A DNA stretch of 64,000 nt from Candidatus Bathyarchaeia archaeon (GCA_038882655.1 JAVZNT010000001.1:96001-160000); one strand, 5' to 3'; counted from the first letter of the stretch, positions 20,665 to 30,089 are shown. The notes: generated by a model from the sequence alone, not told the origin. Translations and numbers: made by a program.

Positions 20665-21138
20665 ATGAGAGGGCGGGGAAAAGGCGAGGAACCAGTAATA
20701 AGCCTAACCTTTTCGCGTCCGCTCCCTTCAGGGAGGGACTTAATAGTGGAAAACGTTGCGGATAAAGGATTCGTGGAAGAGCTTAAAAAGGAGTGGCGAA
20801 CCCTGTGGCAGGAGCGGATAGACGATAAGATTAGGGCTGAAGCCGTAGCCAACAGAGACTATGCTGCTTTGTTTGTTGAACGGGGCACTGTGATCTTCGC
20901 AACAAAAAAGTTTAAACTGCTAAGCTTAAAAGAAATTTTGCAGATGCACGGCATTTTAGACGCAGACACATTTGTCCCGCCGAATCCGTCCGTTGGCGGG
21001 TGGGGAAAATTCATAAGAACCGTGATAGCTAACCAGCAATGTTCAAAGCGAAGAAAACGGGCACAACAATATATAGAAGACGAAAAGGAGAGGCAGCAGC
21101 TAAAAAAGGGCGGAAGAGGCTGGCTTCACGTAATCTAG
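20665..21138 (+). CDS. Hypothetical protein
   Basis: 157 aa ORF, co-oriented with the downstream regulator; true start may be near 20746. Confidence 0.6.
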   Translation: MRGRGKGEEPVISLTFSRPLPSGRDLIVENVADKGFVEELKKEWRTLWQERIDDKIRAEAVANRDYAALFVERGTVIFATKKFKLLSLKEILQMHGILDADTFVPPNPSVGGWGKFIRTVIANQQCSKRRKRAQQYIEDEKERQQLKKGGRGWLHVI

Positions 21139-21159
21139 ATAGCCGCTAAGTAAACTTCC

Positions 21160-21519
21160 ATGTCCCCCCTTCGAGTAAAGTCTGGTTCGAGCGGATTAGT
21201 TTTGGGCAGCTATAGGAGCAGATTGGACATTATAGCTGACATCCTTTCAGTTGTTAGGGGTAATGGAAAGGCTAGAAAAACACAAATTATGTACGGTGCG
21301 AATTTAAGCTACGCTGTTTTGACGCGATATCTATCTGACGTTCTAAATGCTTGTCTAATAAAATTTGAAAGCAGTAAACGCTGTTATGTACTAACAGAAA
21401 AGGGAAGAAAGTTCCTTGAGCATTATCGTGAGTATTCTAGACGTAATAGGCATGTGGAACGCCAACTAGAGACCGTTAACGCGAAAAGAAAAGTTTTGGA
21501 GGAACTCTGCTCTGCATAA
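21160..21519 (+). CDS. Winged helix-turn-helix regulator (archaeal HTH_45-like)
   Basis: YRSRLDIIADIL...KTQIMYGANLSY...YVLTEKG. Confidence 0.85.
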   Translation: MSPLRVKSGSSGLVLGSYRSRLDIIADILSVVRGNGKARKTQIMYGANLSYAVLTRYLSDVLNACLIKFESSKRCYVLTEKGRKFLEHYREYSRRNRHVERQLETVNAKRKVLEELCSA

Positions 21520-21531
21520 GGCTCAGTTAAG

Positions 21532-22005
21532 GTGACAATCTTGCATGTTTCGAAAATTTTGATGGTTGTTCTTTTGATTTCGACTGCGCTTTTCATATCG
21601 CCGGCTGCATGCTCCAGTCAGAGAGAGGCCGAATCACGGATTCAATCGGTTGAGGAAGAGGTTCTAAACTGTTACAGGGCTGCTTATGAGGCTGAAAAGG
21701 CTGGGGCTAATGTAAGCGAATTACTCCATAATTTAAATGAGGCTGGATGGCTTTTATCCCAAGCTAAGCACGCCTATAACTGTGAAGATTATGACTTGGC
21801 GGTTTATTTTGCAAATCTGAGCCTAACAAAGCTAGCGGGTTTAGTTGACAAAGCTAACGGTTTAAGGATAGATGCTGAGCAAACTCACTTTTATGATTTC
21901 ATGATCAATTTCGTAGGTTCAGCTGTCGGCGCTGTAGCTATTCTTGTGGTTGGCTACGGTGTTTGGGTTTTCTTAAAAAGACGAGAAAAAACTGTGAGGG
22001 TGTAA
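21532..22005 (+). CDS. Secreted helical protein with C-terminal membrane anchor
   Basis: N-terminal signal, AEKAGANVS.L...LN.A helical motif, C-terminal TM then KRREK. Confidence 0.7.
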   Translation: MTILHVSKILMVVLLISTALFISPAACSSQREAESRIQSVEEEVLNCYRAAYEAEKAGANVSELLHNLNEAGWLLSQAKHAYNCEDYDLAVYFANLSLTKLAGLVDKANGLRIDAEQTHFYDFMINFVGSAVGAVAILVVGYGVWVFLKRREKTVRV

Positions 22006-22008
22006 ATT

Positions 22009-22623
22009 TTGAAAATCGTTGAAAATGGGCTTCTTTATTGGACTGCTGTCGGCGTTTTGGCTTTACTCGTAGCTTCACCTTTCCTTAGCAAGGTTCTGGT
22101 TTATCCTCGAACAGAATTCTTTACGGAACTTTGGATTTTGGATGCTGACCATAAGACTGAAAATTATCCATTTAATGTTACGCCCAATCAACCCTACACT
22201 ATTCATTTGGGCATCGGAAACCGTTTAGGTTATTGCGCCTATTACATGGTTCAAGTGAAGTTTCGAAATCAAACGCAGCCAGAACCGTCAAGTTTCGGAC
22301 CTATTGAAGACCGTGTTCCTAGCAACTTAACCTCACTCTTCAATATTACAGCTTTTGTGGCAGACGAGCAAGTTTACGAGATTCCCTTAACCTTTTCCTT
22401 TAACTATACTTGGGATGAACAGTTTTCAAAAGTTAAGTTCTCATATTTGAGGCTTAATGGTCTATGGTTGAACATGAGCGACTACACGATTTCTTGGGAT
22501 GCTGGAAAAAGAGAGTTTCGGGGATGCTTATTTTTTGAGTTATGGCTATACAATAACGGTGCAAATGATTTTCGATATCATGGGCGTTTTGTTAGGTTAT
22601 GGCTTAACATGACGGTTTATTAA
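22009..22623 (+). CDS. DUF1616-like membrane protein
   Basis: TM followed by EFFTELWIL...ENYPFNV, LGIGNRLG...YY.V.VK, LWLNMT. Confidence 0.7.
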   Translation: MKIVENGLLYWTAVGVLALLVASPFLSKVLVYPRTEFFTELWILDADHKTENYPFNVTPNQPYTIHLGIGNRLGYCAYYMVQVKFRNQTQPEPSSFGPIEDRVPSNLTSLFNITAFVADEQVYEIPLTFSFNYTWDEQFSKVKFSYLRLNGLWLNMSDYTISWDAGKREFRGCLFFELWLYNNGANDFRYHGRFVRLWLNMTVY

Positions 22624-22662
22624 TGGCGTTTGTCATAATGTTTTAGCCATAAGTATTTCTGT

Positions 22663-22736
22663 GCCGGGGTGGCTGAGAAATTAAGCGGCGGCCTGCAGAG
22701 CCGCTTACGTTGGTGAAAATCCAACCCCCGGCTCCA
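22663..22736 (+). tRNA. tRNA-Cys(GCA) with non-canonical D/T loops and encoded CCA
   Basis: Acceptor GCCGGGG/CCCCGGC, D stem GCT/AGC, anticodon stem GCGGC/GCCGC with loop CTGCAGA, T stem GTTGG/CCAAC with loop TGAAAAT, discriminator T then CCA. Confidence 0.9.
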
Positions 22737-22757
22737 TACAATTTCGAGGTGTGAACT

Positions 22758-23876
22758 TTGGTTTGTAGGCGAAGTTTAGAATGGCTTAAAGAGAAGGTTA
22801 AAGATATGCGTTCATTTGAGGGTTCACTTCTTAGCTATGTAGGTTTGCCTATAGAAGCTGAAAGCTGTGATGTATTGAAGCTGGATTCGAATGAAAACTT
22901 TTTTGTGGATGCTAATTTTTTGAGGCAGATTTTTATGGAGGCTTTGGGTGATGTTGATTTAAGGCTTTATAATCCCGGTGTTATGGCGTCTTTAAAGGAA
23001 ACTTTGGGCAAGTATGTTGGTGTTCCCGGCGGATGTGTTTGTGTTGGAAGCGGCGCGGAGCATTTGATCGATTTTATTGCTCAGTCTTTTTTGGGTGCTG
23101 GCGATATGGTTGTTTCCATTGTGCCTAGCTTTTTTATGTATGGAAAGAGGGTTTCGCTTTGTGGCGCCAGCATTGCTAATGTTCCCCTTAAAGGTGATTT
23201 GTCTCTTGATGTCGATGAGATTCTAGCCAAATGCACGGATAAGACCCGACTTGTTTTTATCTGTTCGCCGAACAACCCTACAGGGAATGAGTTTAGCTGG
23301 GGTGAGGTTGAGGCTTTAGCTGATGGGTGTTCCGCTCTTATAGTTGTGGATGAGGCGTATGCAGAGTTTGGTGAAGGCTCTGCATGTCCTAATGCGGTTG
23401 AGAAGGAAAACGTTGTTGTTGTGAGGACTTTTTCTAAGGCTTTCGGTTTGGCTGGGTTGCGTTTTGGCTTTTTGGTTGCAAATGAGAAATTGGCTTCTGC
23501 GTTTTCTGAGGTTATTCCATACACTGTTGGCACTGTTGTGGCGCGTTTTATTGAAAGATTGCTTGAAAAGTGTGATGTTGTGGTAGGCTGGGTTAACGAG
23601 GTCAAAAAGGAGAGGGAGAGGTTGATAAGGGAATTGCGTTCTATTAGCGAAGTTGAAGTTTTTGATTCTAAGGCGAATTTTGTTACTTTTCGACCAGATA
23701 TGAATGCGAACCGCGTTTATAATGGGCTTCTTAAGAGAGGTGTTGTTGTCAAGAACCTTGGCGATTTGCCGGTTATTGGACACTGTTTGAGGGTTACTGT
23801 TGGGCTTCCAGAAATGAACGACAAGTTCCTCAACATGTTAAGGCAAGTTTTAAAAGAAAATGGGCACGGCCCTTAA
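22758..23876 (+). CDS. HisC/CobD-family PLP-dependent aminotransferase
   Basis: LDSNEN, CSPNNPTG, DEAYAEF, RTFSKAFGLAGLRFG, LRVTVG. Confidence 0.88.
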   Translation: MVCRRSLEWLKEKVKDMRSFEGSLLSYVGLPIEAESCDVLKLDSNENFFVDANFLRQIFMEALGDVDLRLYNPGVMASLKETLGKYVGVPGGCVCVGSGAEHLIDFIAQSFLGAGDMVVSIVPSFFMYGKRVSLCGASIANVPLKGDLSLDVDEILAKCTDKTRLVFICSPNNPTGNEFSWGEVEALADGCSALIVVDEAYAEFGEGSACPNAVEKENVVVVRTFSKAFGLAGLRFGFLVANEKLASAFSEVIPYTVGTVVARFIERLLEKCDVVVGWVNEVKKERERLIRELRSISEVEVFDSKANFVTFRPDMNANRVYNGLLKRGVVVKNLGDLPVIGHCLRVTVGLPEMNDKFLNMLRQVLKENGHGP

Positions 23877-23888
23877 GGCAGCATTTTT

Positions 23889-25766
23889 ATGGGCGGAATT
23901 TGCGGCTTTTTAGATTTAGGCGATAAATCGTTACTTAAAAGAATGTCTCAAGAAATTTCACATAGAGGTTTCCACGAAGACTTTTTCGTAGACAAATATG
24001 TGGGCATGTGCTCAAGAAGCATAACCAAAGAAGATGGTTTAGGCAAAAATGAGGACGGTAGCTTACGGGTAGCCTTTGATGGCGAGATTTTCAACGTGGA
24101 AGATTTGCGAGGCGATTTAGAGAAAAGGGGGCATAGTTTTTCTTCTTCTTGCACGGCGGAATTAATAGCCCACCTTTATGAAGAACATGGCTATTCATTA
24201 GTCGATGAGCTTAGAGGAGGTTTTTCCTTCGCTTTATGGGATACCGATAAAAAATTGCTTTTGCTGGCGAGGGATAGGGAAGGCGAAAAATCGGTTTTCT
24301 ACGCTTTTCTTAATGGAAGCATCTATTTTGCGTCTGAAATAAAGCCACTTTTATGCTGCGAGGCAATAGAGAAGAAGTTAAACCCTAGCGGTTTGGACTA
24401 TTATTTTTCATGGGGGCACGTTCCAGCCCCAGAAACCCTTTTTATAGACGTGAAGAAACTTCCTCCTTCACATTTATTAATATATAATTTTGGCGATAAA
24501 AAAATAGTCTTGCATAAGTATTGGGATTTAGACCTTTCAAAAATTGAATACAGTGTTAGCGAAGAGGAGTGGTGTAAAAGAATATATAGTATGCTTGTTG
24601 AATCCGTTTCCATACGATTAAAAGAGAGCCCCTTCGGAATTCTTTTAGGCGGACTTGATTCTAGTGCAGTAGTAGCGTTAATGAAGAAGTTGACGGATAA
24701 ACCGATGAGCTCCGTAACCATAATGTTTGAAAATGAAGAATTTAACGAATCTTACTCTAAATACGTTGCTGAATGGTTAGGAATAGAAGCATATGAGAAG
24801 ACATTGTGTGCAAAGGACTTTATCCGAATAACCCAAAAATTAGCGCAAATTTTTGACGATTTGAGAATAGATCTGCTTATTACAATACCTTCTTTTTTGG
24901 CTCTTGAAACAGCTAAGGAAAAAGCTAAAACAGTGTTTACTGGAGATGGTGCTGATTGCACCTTTTGGAGTTGGGGATGGGACTTTAAACCAAGGAAGTT
25001 GAAAATGCTCTCCATTCGCTCCAGTCTTAAGATGATACGAGAGCATTCGATAAGTTCTTATGAGCTAATGAATGCATCGTTAAAAGTTTGGCATGCCTTC
25101 AAAGATGCTGTTAAGGCAAGGGTATTAACTGTGCATCTTCCGTTTGAATTGCAATCGCTTTATAGTGAACAATACTTTCATGAAGATGAACTTCAAGAAC
25201 TGCTAGGACGCAATTGCACCGTAAATGTATATTCCCCGTTTCTTGAATGTTTGATAAGTCCTGCCGACAATCTTGGGAGTAAGATGAACAAGATGCGATT
25301 AATAAATAGGAAGTTTGAAGTTATTGGAGGATGGGGTGTGGAAAGACTTGGGAATATATGCTCGCATTTTCATCTAGGACTGAGAACCCCTTTTGAAGAT
25401 CATAAGTTAAGAGAACTGGCTGCACGTATTCCACCACAATTAAAACAGCCTAACGTTTTACTTGACAAATTCATCTTTAGGAAGACGTTGTTAAAGTACT
25501 CGCTTTTACCAAAAGAGGTCGTTAAACAGAAGAAATGGGGATTCGGATGGGGACTTGGCGAAATGGCAGCTAAATGGTTTAAGGGAGAGCTAAAAGATTA
25601 TGTTGAACAAGTCGTTAATGAAGAGGCAGCTCTAATTGAACCGGTGTTAGGGAAAAACGTTGTGAAAAAATATATGTGTAAAGGTCGTCCCTTGCAGGTT
25701 TTATCGCTTGTAACTTTTATGCTTTGGTATAAGCGCTTCTTTGAACAAGATAAAGTGGTGGGATAA
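23889..25766 (+). CDS. Asparagine-synthetase-like amide ligase
   Basis: FDGEIFN, LARDR.G.K, FASEIK, GGLDSS, TGDGAD, RTPF, K.GF; N-terminus MGGICG lacks Cys2. Confidence 0.85.
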   Translation: MGGICGFLDLGDKSLLKRMSQEISHRGFHEDFFVDKYVGMCSRSITKEDGLGKNEDGSLRVAFDGEIFNVEDLRGDLEKRGHSFSSSCTAELIAHLYEEHGYSLVDELRGGFSFALWDTDKKLLLLARDREGEKSVFYAFLNGSIYFASEIKPLLCCEAIEKKLNPSGLDYYFSWGHVPAPETLFIDVKKLPPSHLLIYNFGDKKIVLHKYWDLDLSKIEYSVSEEEWCKRIYSMLVESVSIRLKESPFGILLGGLDSSAVVALMKKLTDKPMSSVTIMFENEEFNESYSKYVAEWLGIEAYEKTLCAKDFIRITQKLAQIFDDLRIDLLITIPSFLALETAKEKAKTVFTGDGADCTFWSWGWDFKPRKLKMLSIRSSLKMIREHSISSYELMNASLKVWHAFKDAVKARVLTVHLPFELQSLYSEQYFHEDELQELLGRNCTVNVYSPFLECLISPADNLGSKMNKMRLINRKFEVIGGWGVERLGNICSHFHLGLRTPFEDHKLRELAARIPPQLKQPNVLLDKFIFRKTLLKYSLLPKEVVKQKKWGFGWGLGEMAAKWFKGELKDYVEQVVNEEAALIEPVLGKNVVKKYMCKGRPLQVLSLVTFMLWYKRFFEQDKVVG

Positions 25767-25767
25767 A

Positions 25768-27117
25768 ATGAGTGCTGGAGAACATCTCAAGGTCAACGAG
25801 AATAACCACTTAGCACTTCATGAAGTTGATTTAGTTAGTCTGTGCGAGAAGTATGGCACTCCGCTTTTTGTTTTCGATGAGACTAGCTTAGTTGAAAGTT
25901 TTGAGAGGTTTAAGCGGGCTTTTGAGAGTATTTATCCAAAGGTTATGGTTTGTTATTCTATTAAAACCAACAATAACCTAGCTTTATGCAAAATACTCTT
26001 CGAAAGAGGCGCTTACGCGGAAGTTTCTTCAGAACTGGATTTGCACGTAGCTTTGAAAGCTGGATTCCACGGAGACCGAATAATTTATGATGGGCCCTTT
26101 AAGCCTACCAAGACATTGGAAAAGGCCGTTGAAAATGAGGTTCTGCTTATCAACTGTGAGTCTTTTGTTGAGTTGGAAAGGCTTAATGAAGTCGCTGAGA
26201 AGTTTAAGGTTAAGCAATCAATAGGGTTAAGGGTTAATCCTTTTAAGCGTCCAAGTTTTCTGCGAAGTTTGCATCCGAAAACTCTTTTAGAAGAGGCCGC
26301 TTTTTGTTTCCCAAGCTGTAGGTTTGGTTTTTCTATAAGCGAAGTTTATGAAGCTTTTAAATTATTGAAAAAGCTTGAAAATTTGCGTCTTGAGTGTCTT
26401 ATGACGCATCCCTATCACAGGGCGATTAGTGTTCTTATGCCCCTTTTTAAGGAAGCTCATCGGAATCTTGGCTTTGAAATTAAATATCTCAATGTTGGGG
26501 GTGGCTTTAACCCTGGCACAAGTGGTTCAACGGGAGACCTTTTGTTGGCTTTAGACCATGTCAAAAGGGGTTTAAGGATGAAGTCTACTTTAGATCAGGA
26601 GAGGCACATGAGAAGCATCGATGATGTTGCCCGAACAGTTGTAAATGAAGTTAAGCAAAACCTTGAAGGTTTGCCTGAACCAACTTTGATAACTGAGCCT
26701 GGCCGCTTTATTGTCGGTCCTTCTGGGTTGCTGCTTTTGAGGGTTGATCACGTTAAATCTGCTGGTGGTTTCAAATGGATTATTGTGAATGGTGGTACAA
26801 ACATTGTTCCAAGCTTCTATGAGAGGCGTGAAATTCTAGTTGCTAACAATGGTTCTGCTTCGGAGAAGGAGTTAGTTAATGTTGTTGGTCCGCTTTTGTA
26901 TCCTAAGGATTTTATTGCTATCAAGACGTGGCTTCCGAAGGCTAAGGAAGGGGACATACTGGCTGTTCTTGATTGCGGAGCTTATTCGCTTTCAAGTTCC
27001 ACACAGTTTCTTTACCCCAGACCGCCAGCGGTTTTGGTAAACTCGCGTGGAGATGTGTATCTAATTCGTGAAAGAGAGAGTTTTGAAGACGTAACTGCAA
27101 AGGATATAGTTCCCTAA
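25768..27117 (+). CDS. Fold-III PLP-dependent decarboxylase (LysA-like)
   Basis: YGTPLFV, YSIKTN (PLP Lys), NVGGGF, EPGRFIV, GAY; GPLLYP in place of the usual GP.C motif. Confidence 0.85.
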   Translation: MSAGEHLKVNENNHLALHEVDLVSLCEKYGTPLFVFDETSLVESFERFKRAFESIYPKVMVCYSIKTNNNLALCKILFERGAYAEVSSELDLHVALKAGFHGDRIIYDGPFKPTKTLEKAVENEVLLINCESFVELERLNEVAEKFKVKQSIGLRVNPFKRPSFLRSLHPKTLLEEAAFCFPSCRFGFSISEVYEAFKLLKKLENLRLECLMTHPYHRAISVLMPLFKEAHRNLGFEIKYLNVGGGFNPGTSGSTGDLLLALDHVKRGLRMKSTLDQERHMRSIDDVARTVVNEVKQNLEGLPEPTLITEPGRFIVGPSGLLLLRVDHVKSAGGFKWIIVNGGTNIVPSFYERREILVANNGSASEKELVNVVGPLLYPKDFIAIKTWLPKAKEGDILAVLDCGAYSLSSSTQFLYPRPPAVLVNSRGDVYLIRERESFEDVTAKDIVP

Positions 27118-27126
27118 CGCTTTTGG

Positions 27127-28251
27127 TTGGTTATTATGCTTAGCTTGCGTGTTATCGCCGATTTAGAGGATTTTGAAAATTTAGGAAGCATGTGGAACAA
27201 AATATTAGCAAAGTCTTTAGATAACGATGTCTTTTCCACACGGGAATGGATCTGGTGTTGGTGGAAGCATTTTGGCAAAAAAAGAAGTTTACGAGTGCTT
27301 GTCGCTGAAGAAAATGGCGAGATTGTTGGCTTAGCCCCTTTTGCACTTACAGAATATTCTTTCTTGCGTGTTGGAAAGTTGAGGCGCATCGAGTTTATTG
27401 GTTTCCCTCATGCAGATTATAACAACTTTATTTTAGTCAGAAATCCATCTGATTGTTTAAGGCTCTTTATTGAAGGCTTAATGAAGTTTGCAGACTGGGA
27501 TTTTCTGGATTTAAGGGATATTCGCGAACAAAGTGCATCAGCAAACAGTTTACGTATGCTCCTAAACATTGAAGGAGCAAAGTTAAGGTTAACAAATGGC
27601 ACTCTTTGCCCCTGCATTAATTTGCCAAGATCCATTGAAACCTTCCAAAGCAACTTAAGTCGCAACATGCGGAGAAACCTACGGAAAAGGTTAAGGAAGC
27701 TTCGCGAAAGCTATAAAGTTGAATTTAAGACGCAGCGGGATTTTGACTCTATTGATGAGGCGATGGAAATATTTTTCAACCTCCACCAGAAACGTTGGAA
27801 ATCTAAGGGAAAGCAAGGCGCCTTCGCAGCTGAGGATTTCAGAAAGTTTCATTTGGACGTTGCAAAAGTTTTCGATAAAAAAGGTTGGCTTGACTTGCAT
27901 TTCTTAATGGCAAACGACGAGCCAGTTGCCGCAGCCTACACCTTCGACTATAACTCGAAGAAGTATGGCTATTTAACTGGTTTCGATCCTGAATTTGGGC
28001 ATTTCGGTGTTGGAAATCTGTTAAAGTTGCATCTAATTGAGGAATGCATCAAAAAGGGGTTTAGGGAGTACGATTTAACAAGGGAATTTGAACCCTATAA
28101 GGCGGAGTGGGCAACTGTTATTAGGAAAAATCTGATTGCGAGAATTGTTCGACGGGGCTTGTCCGCCAAAATGTATTGCTGGGCTTTAGAGAACAAGTTT
28201 TCACAATGGCTTTTCACTAGATTGGGTGTTCGTTTATCAGTTAGAGAATAG
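27127..28251 (+). CDS. CelD/BcsL-type (Fem-related) GNAT transferase
   Basis: W..CWWKHF, VGLAPF, DYNNF, LSRNMRRNLRKRLRKL, YDLTR..EPYK.EW. Confidence 0.82.
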   Translation: MVIMLSLRVIADLEDFENLGSMWNKILAKSLDNDVFSTREWIWCWWKHFGKKRSLRVLVAEENGEIVGLAPFALTEYSFLRVGKLRRIEFIGFPHADYNNFILVRNPSDCLRLFIEGLMKFADWDFLDLRDIREQSASANSLRMLLNIEGAKLRLTNGTLCPCINLPRSIETFQSNLSRNMRRNLRKRLRKLRESYKVEFKTQRDFDSIDEAMEIFFNLHQKRWKSKGKQGAFAAEDFRKFHLDVAKVFDKKGWLDLHFLMANDEPVAAAYTFDYNSKKYGYLTGFDPEFGHFGVGNLLKLHLIEECIKKGFREYDLTREFEPYKAEWATVIRKNLIARIVRRGLSAKMYCWALENKFSQWLFTRLGVRLSVRE

Positions 28252-28266
28252 CTAAATGCCACTTGG

Positions 28267-29298
28267 GTGAGTATCAGAATGACAGAATATCGCGTGATTG
28301 AAGATTCGCCGAAAGATTCATGGGATTCATTTCTACAGAAACATTCTGTTGGGAATTTTGAGCAGTGTTTTGAGTATGGCGAAATATCGAGAAAGGCTTT
28401 TCCAAAAACAAATGTTGTTAGACTAGCGTGTACGCGTGGAAACGAAGTCGCTGGTGTACTTCAAGGAACTTACTCTAAATATTTCGGGTTTGGCATGACT
28501 TTAGGCGTCATGCGTGCTCCTTTTGTGAATTTCGAAGATGAAGACGCTGTAAACATTGTGAAGAGTCTTCTTGAGAGTTTAGAAGACTATGCCAAGAGAA
28601 ACCGGATTATTGAAGTCCGTGTCTTTGTGCCCGAAGCATGGGGTTTCCACAATGTGTTTCAATCTCTTGGGTACACGGTTACTGAACAGCTGAACGAATA
28701 TATCGTGGATTTAGAGAAAGGTGTCGACGAGCTTTGGAAGGGCGTCTCCCATAACAAGAGGAAAAATATTAAAAAGGCTATGAGTCAAGGCGTAGAGGTC
28801 TTCGAATCTCGGAAAAGAGAGGATCTGTTGACTTTTTACTCTATGCTTAGGGCTGCAGAAGAAAGGGGGGGATTTACAAGCTACCCATTGTCTTGGTTTG
28901 AAGCGGCTTTGGAATTGTACAATCCAGACTTGTTAAGGGTTTTTCTTGCAAGCTGGAATGGGAAAGCTGTTTCAGGAGTTTTTACCGTTGCACATGGCAG
29001 GACTGTTTTCGCTTTGGCTGCTGGCTCGTTTAGCGAAGGCTGGAAAGTTAGACCCAACGATATTATGCACTGGAAAGTCATGGAGTGGGCTTGCCAAAAA
29101 GGATACAGCAGGTATCAGATGGGTCTAGTTTCAGAACCACCGCCGAGTGAAGGCTCGAAGGCTTGGGGAATTTGGAGATGGAAAAGGGAATGGGGTGGAA
29201 GCCTAAACAAACTTCAAGTTTACCATAAGTACTTTAAGCCTCGATACAAGCTTATTTTAAAAGCTAAAAAGATTGTAGAAAAGTTTGCTGCACGATGA
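28267..29298 (+). CDS. FemAB/FemX-family (aminoacyl-tRNA-dependent) transferase
   Basis: WDSFLQ..GNFEQ, VDLEKGVDELWKGVSHNKRKNIKKA..QGV, PNDIMHW..MEWA...GY..Y.MG, GIWRWKREWGG. Confidence 0.8.
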   Translation: MSIRMTEYRVIEDSPKDSWDSFLQKHSVGNFEQCFEYGEISRKAFPKTNVVRLACTRGNEVAGVLQGTYSKYFGFGMTLGVMRAPFVNFEDEDAVNIVKSLLESLEDYAKRNRIIEVRVFVPEAWGFHNVFQSLGYTVTEQLNEYIVDLEKGVDELWKGVSHNKRKNIKKAMSQGVEVFESRKREDLLTFYSMLRAAEERGGFTSYPLSWFEAALELYNPDLLRVFLASWNGKAVSGVFTVAHGRTVFALAAGSFSEGWKVRPNDIMHWKVMEWACQKGYSRYQMGLVSEPPPSEGSKAWGIWRWKREWGGSLNKLQVYHKYFKPRYKLILKAKKIVEKFAAR

Positions 29299-29347
29299 TT
29301 CAACCAATTTCCCGTATGAACCGTAAAACCTACAAGAAATGGCTGGG

Positions 29348-30038
29348 ATGAACATCGAACAGAAAGCGAATAATAATATTTGCACCCCACCCCGATGACG
29401 AGACCTTCGGTTGTGGAGGAACAATCGCTAGGCGAGTAAGTGAAGGATACGATGTTTTAATCGTCGTTATGACCGATGGTAGATACGCCTTCCTAAAAAT
29501 GCTAAACATTGATTCCGACCCCACTCCTGAAGAATTGAAAGAGATTAGAAAAGAAGAAGTGAAAAGAGCCACAAAAATTTTGGGAGTACCCGAAGAAAAT
29601 TTAATCTTCCTCAATTTTGAGGACGGAACCCTTCGAAACAGCATGGAAGAAGCTGAAAGAAAAGTTACCGAAATATTAAAGATGTACCGTCCAGTTGAAG
29701 TTTATTTCCCTTATAAAAGTGATGTTCATCCAGATCATCAAGCTGCGTACCACATTGTCAAAGGTGCCGTTGCAAGAGCTGGTTTCCCGATAAATGGCTA
29801 TCAGTATTCCACATTTCATAAGTATATGCGCCTAGGTCCGATTATTGATAGGACACTGGGCATTATTAGGCGTAATATAATTCGAGTCGATGTTTCAAAA
29901 TTTCTTTCAAAAAAGGAAGCAGCCATTAAGGAGTTCAAAAGTGAACTATCGATCATATCAAACGTCCAGAAAAATCCTCTTATAAAAGCCAAAGATATCA
30001 AAAATTATTTGAAAAGTAAAGAGCTGTTTTTAAAATAG
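29348..30038 (+). CDS. PIG-L/LmbE family deacetylase (start anomalous)
   Basis: APHPDDETFGCGG lies in frame upstream of the ORF-track start; R.EE..RA..ILG and DVHPDH follow; in-frame TGA at 29349-29351. Confidence 0.75.
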
Positions 30039-30089
30039 ACTATTAAGTGTGCAATGTGACACGGCTTTTATTGTAAGGAGAAAGAGGAC

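Noticed and set aside
22663-22736. tRNA as integration site of a mobile element
   Set aside because: No integrase, transposase or duplicated tRNA 3' end (att) seen in the window, and the tRNA is internal to the locus
28267-29298. Evidence for peptidoglycan or pseudomurein synthesis
   Set aside because: No Mur ligases, MraY or MurG in the window; Fem-like proteins also occur in EPS loci
29349-29351. Selenocysteine at the in-frame TGA
   Set aside because: Position lies in a non-conserved N-terminal stretch, and no SECIS or sel genes were recognised
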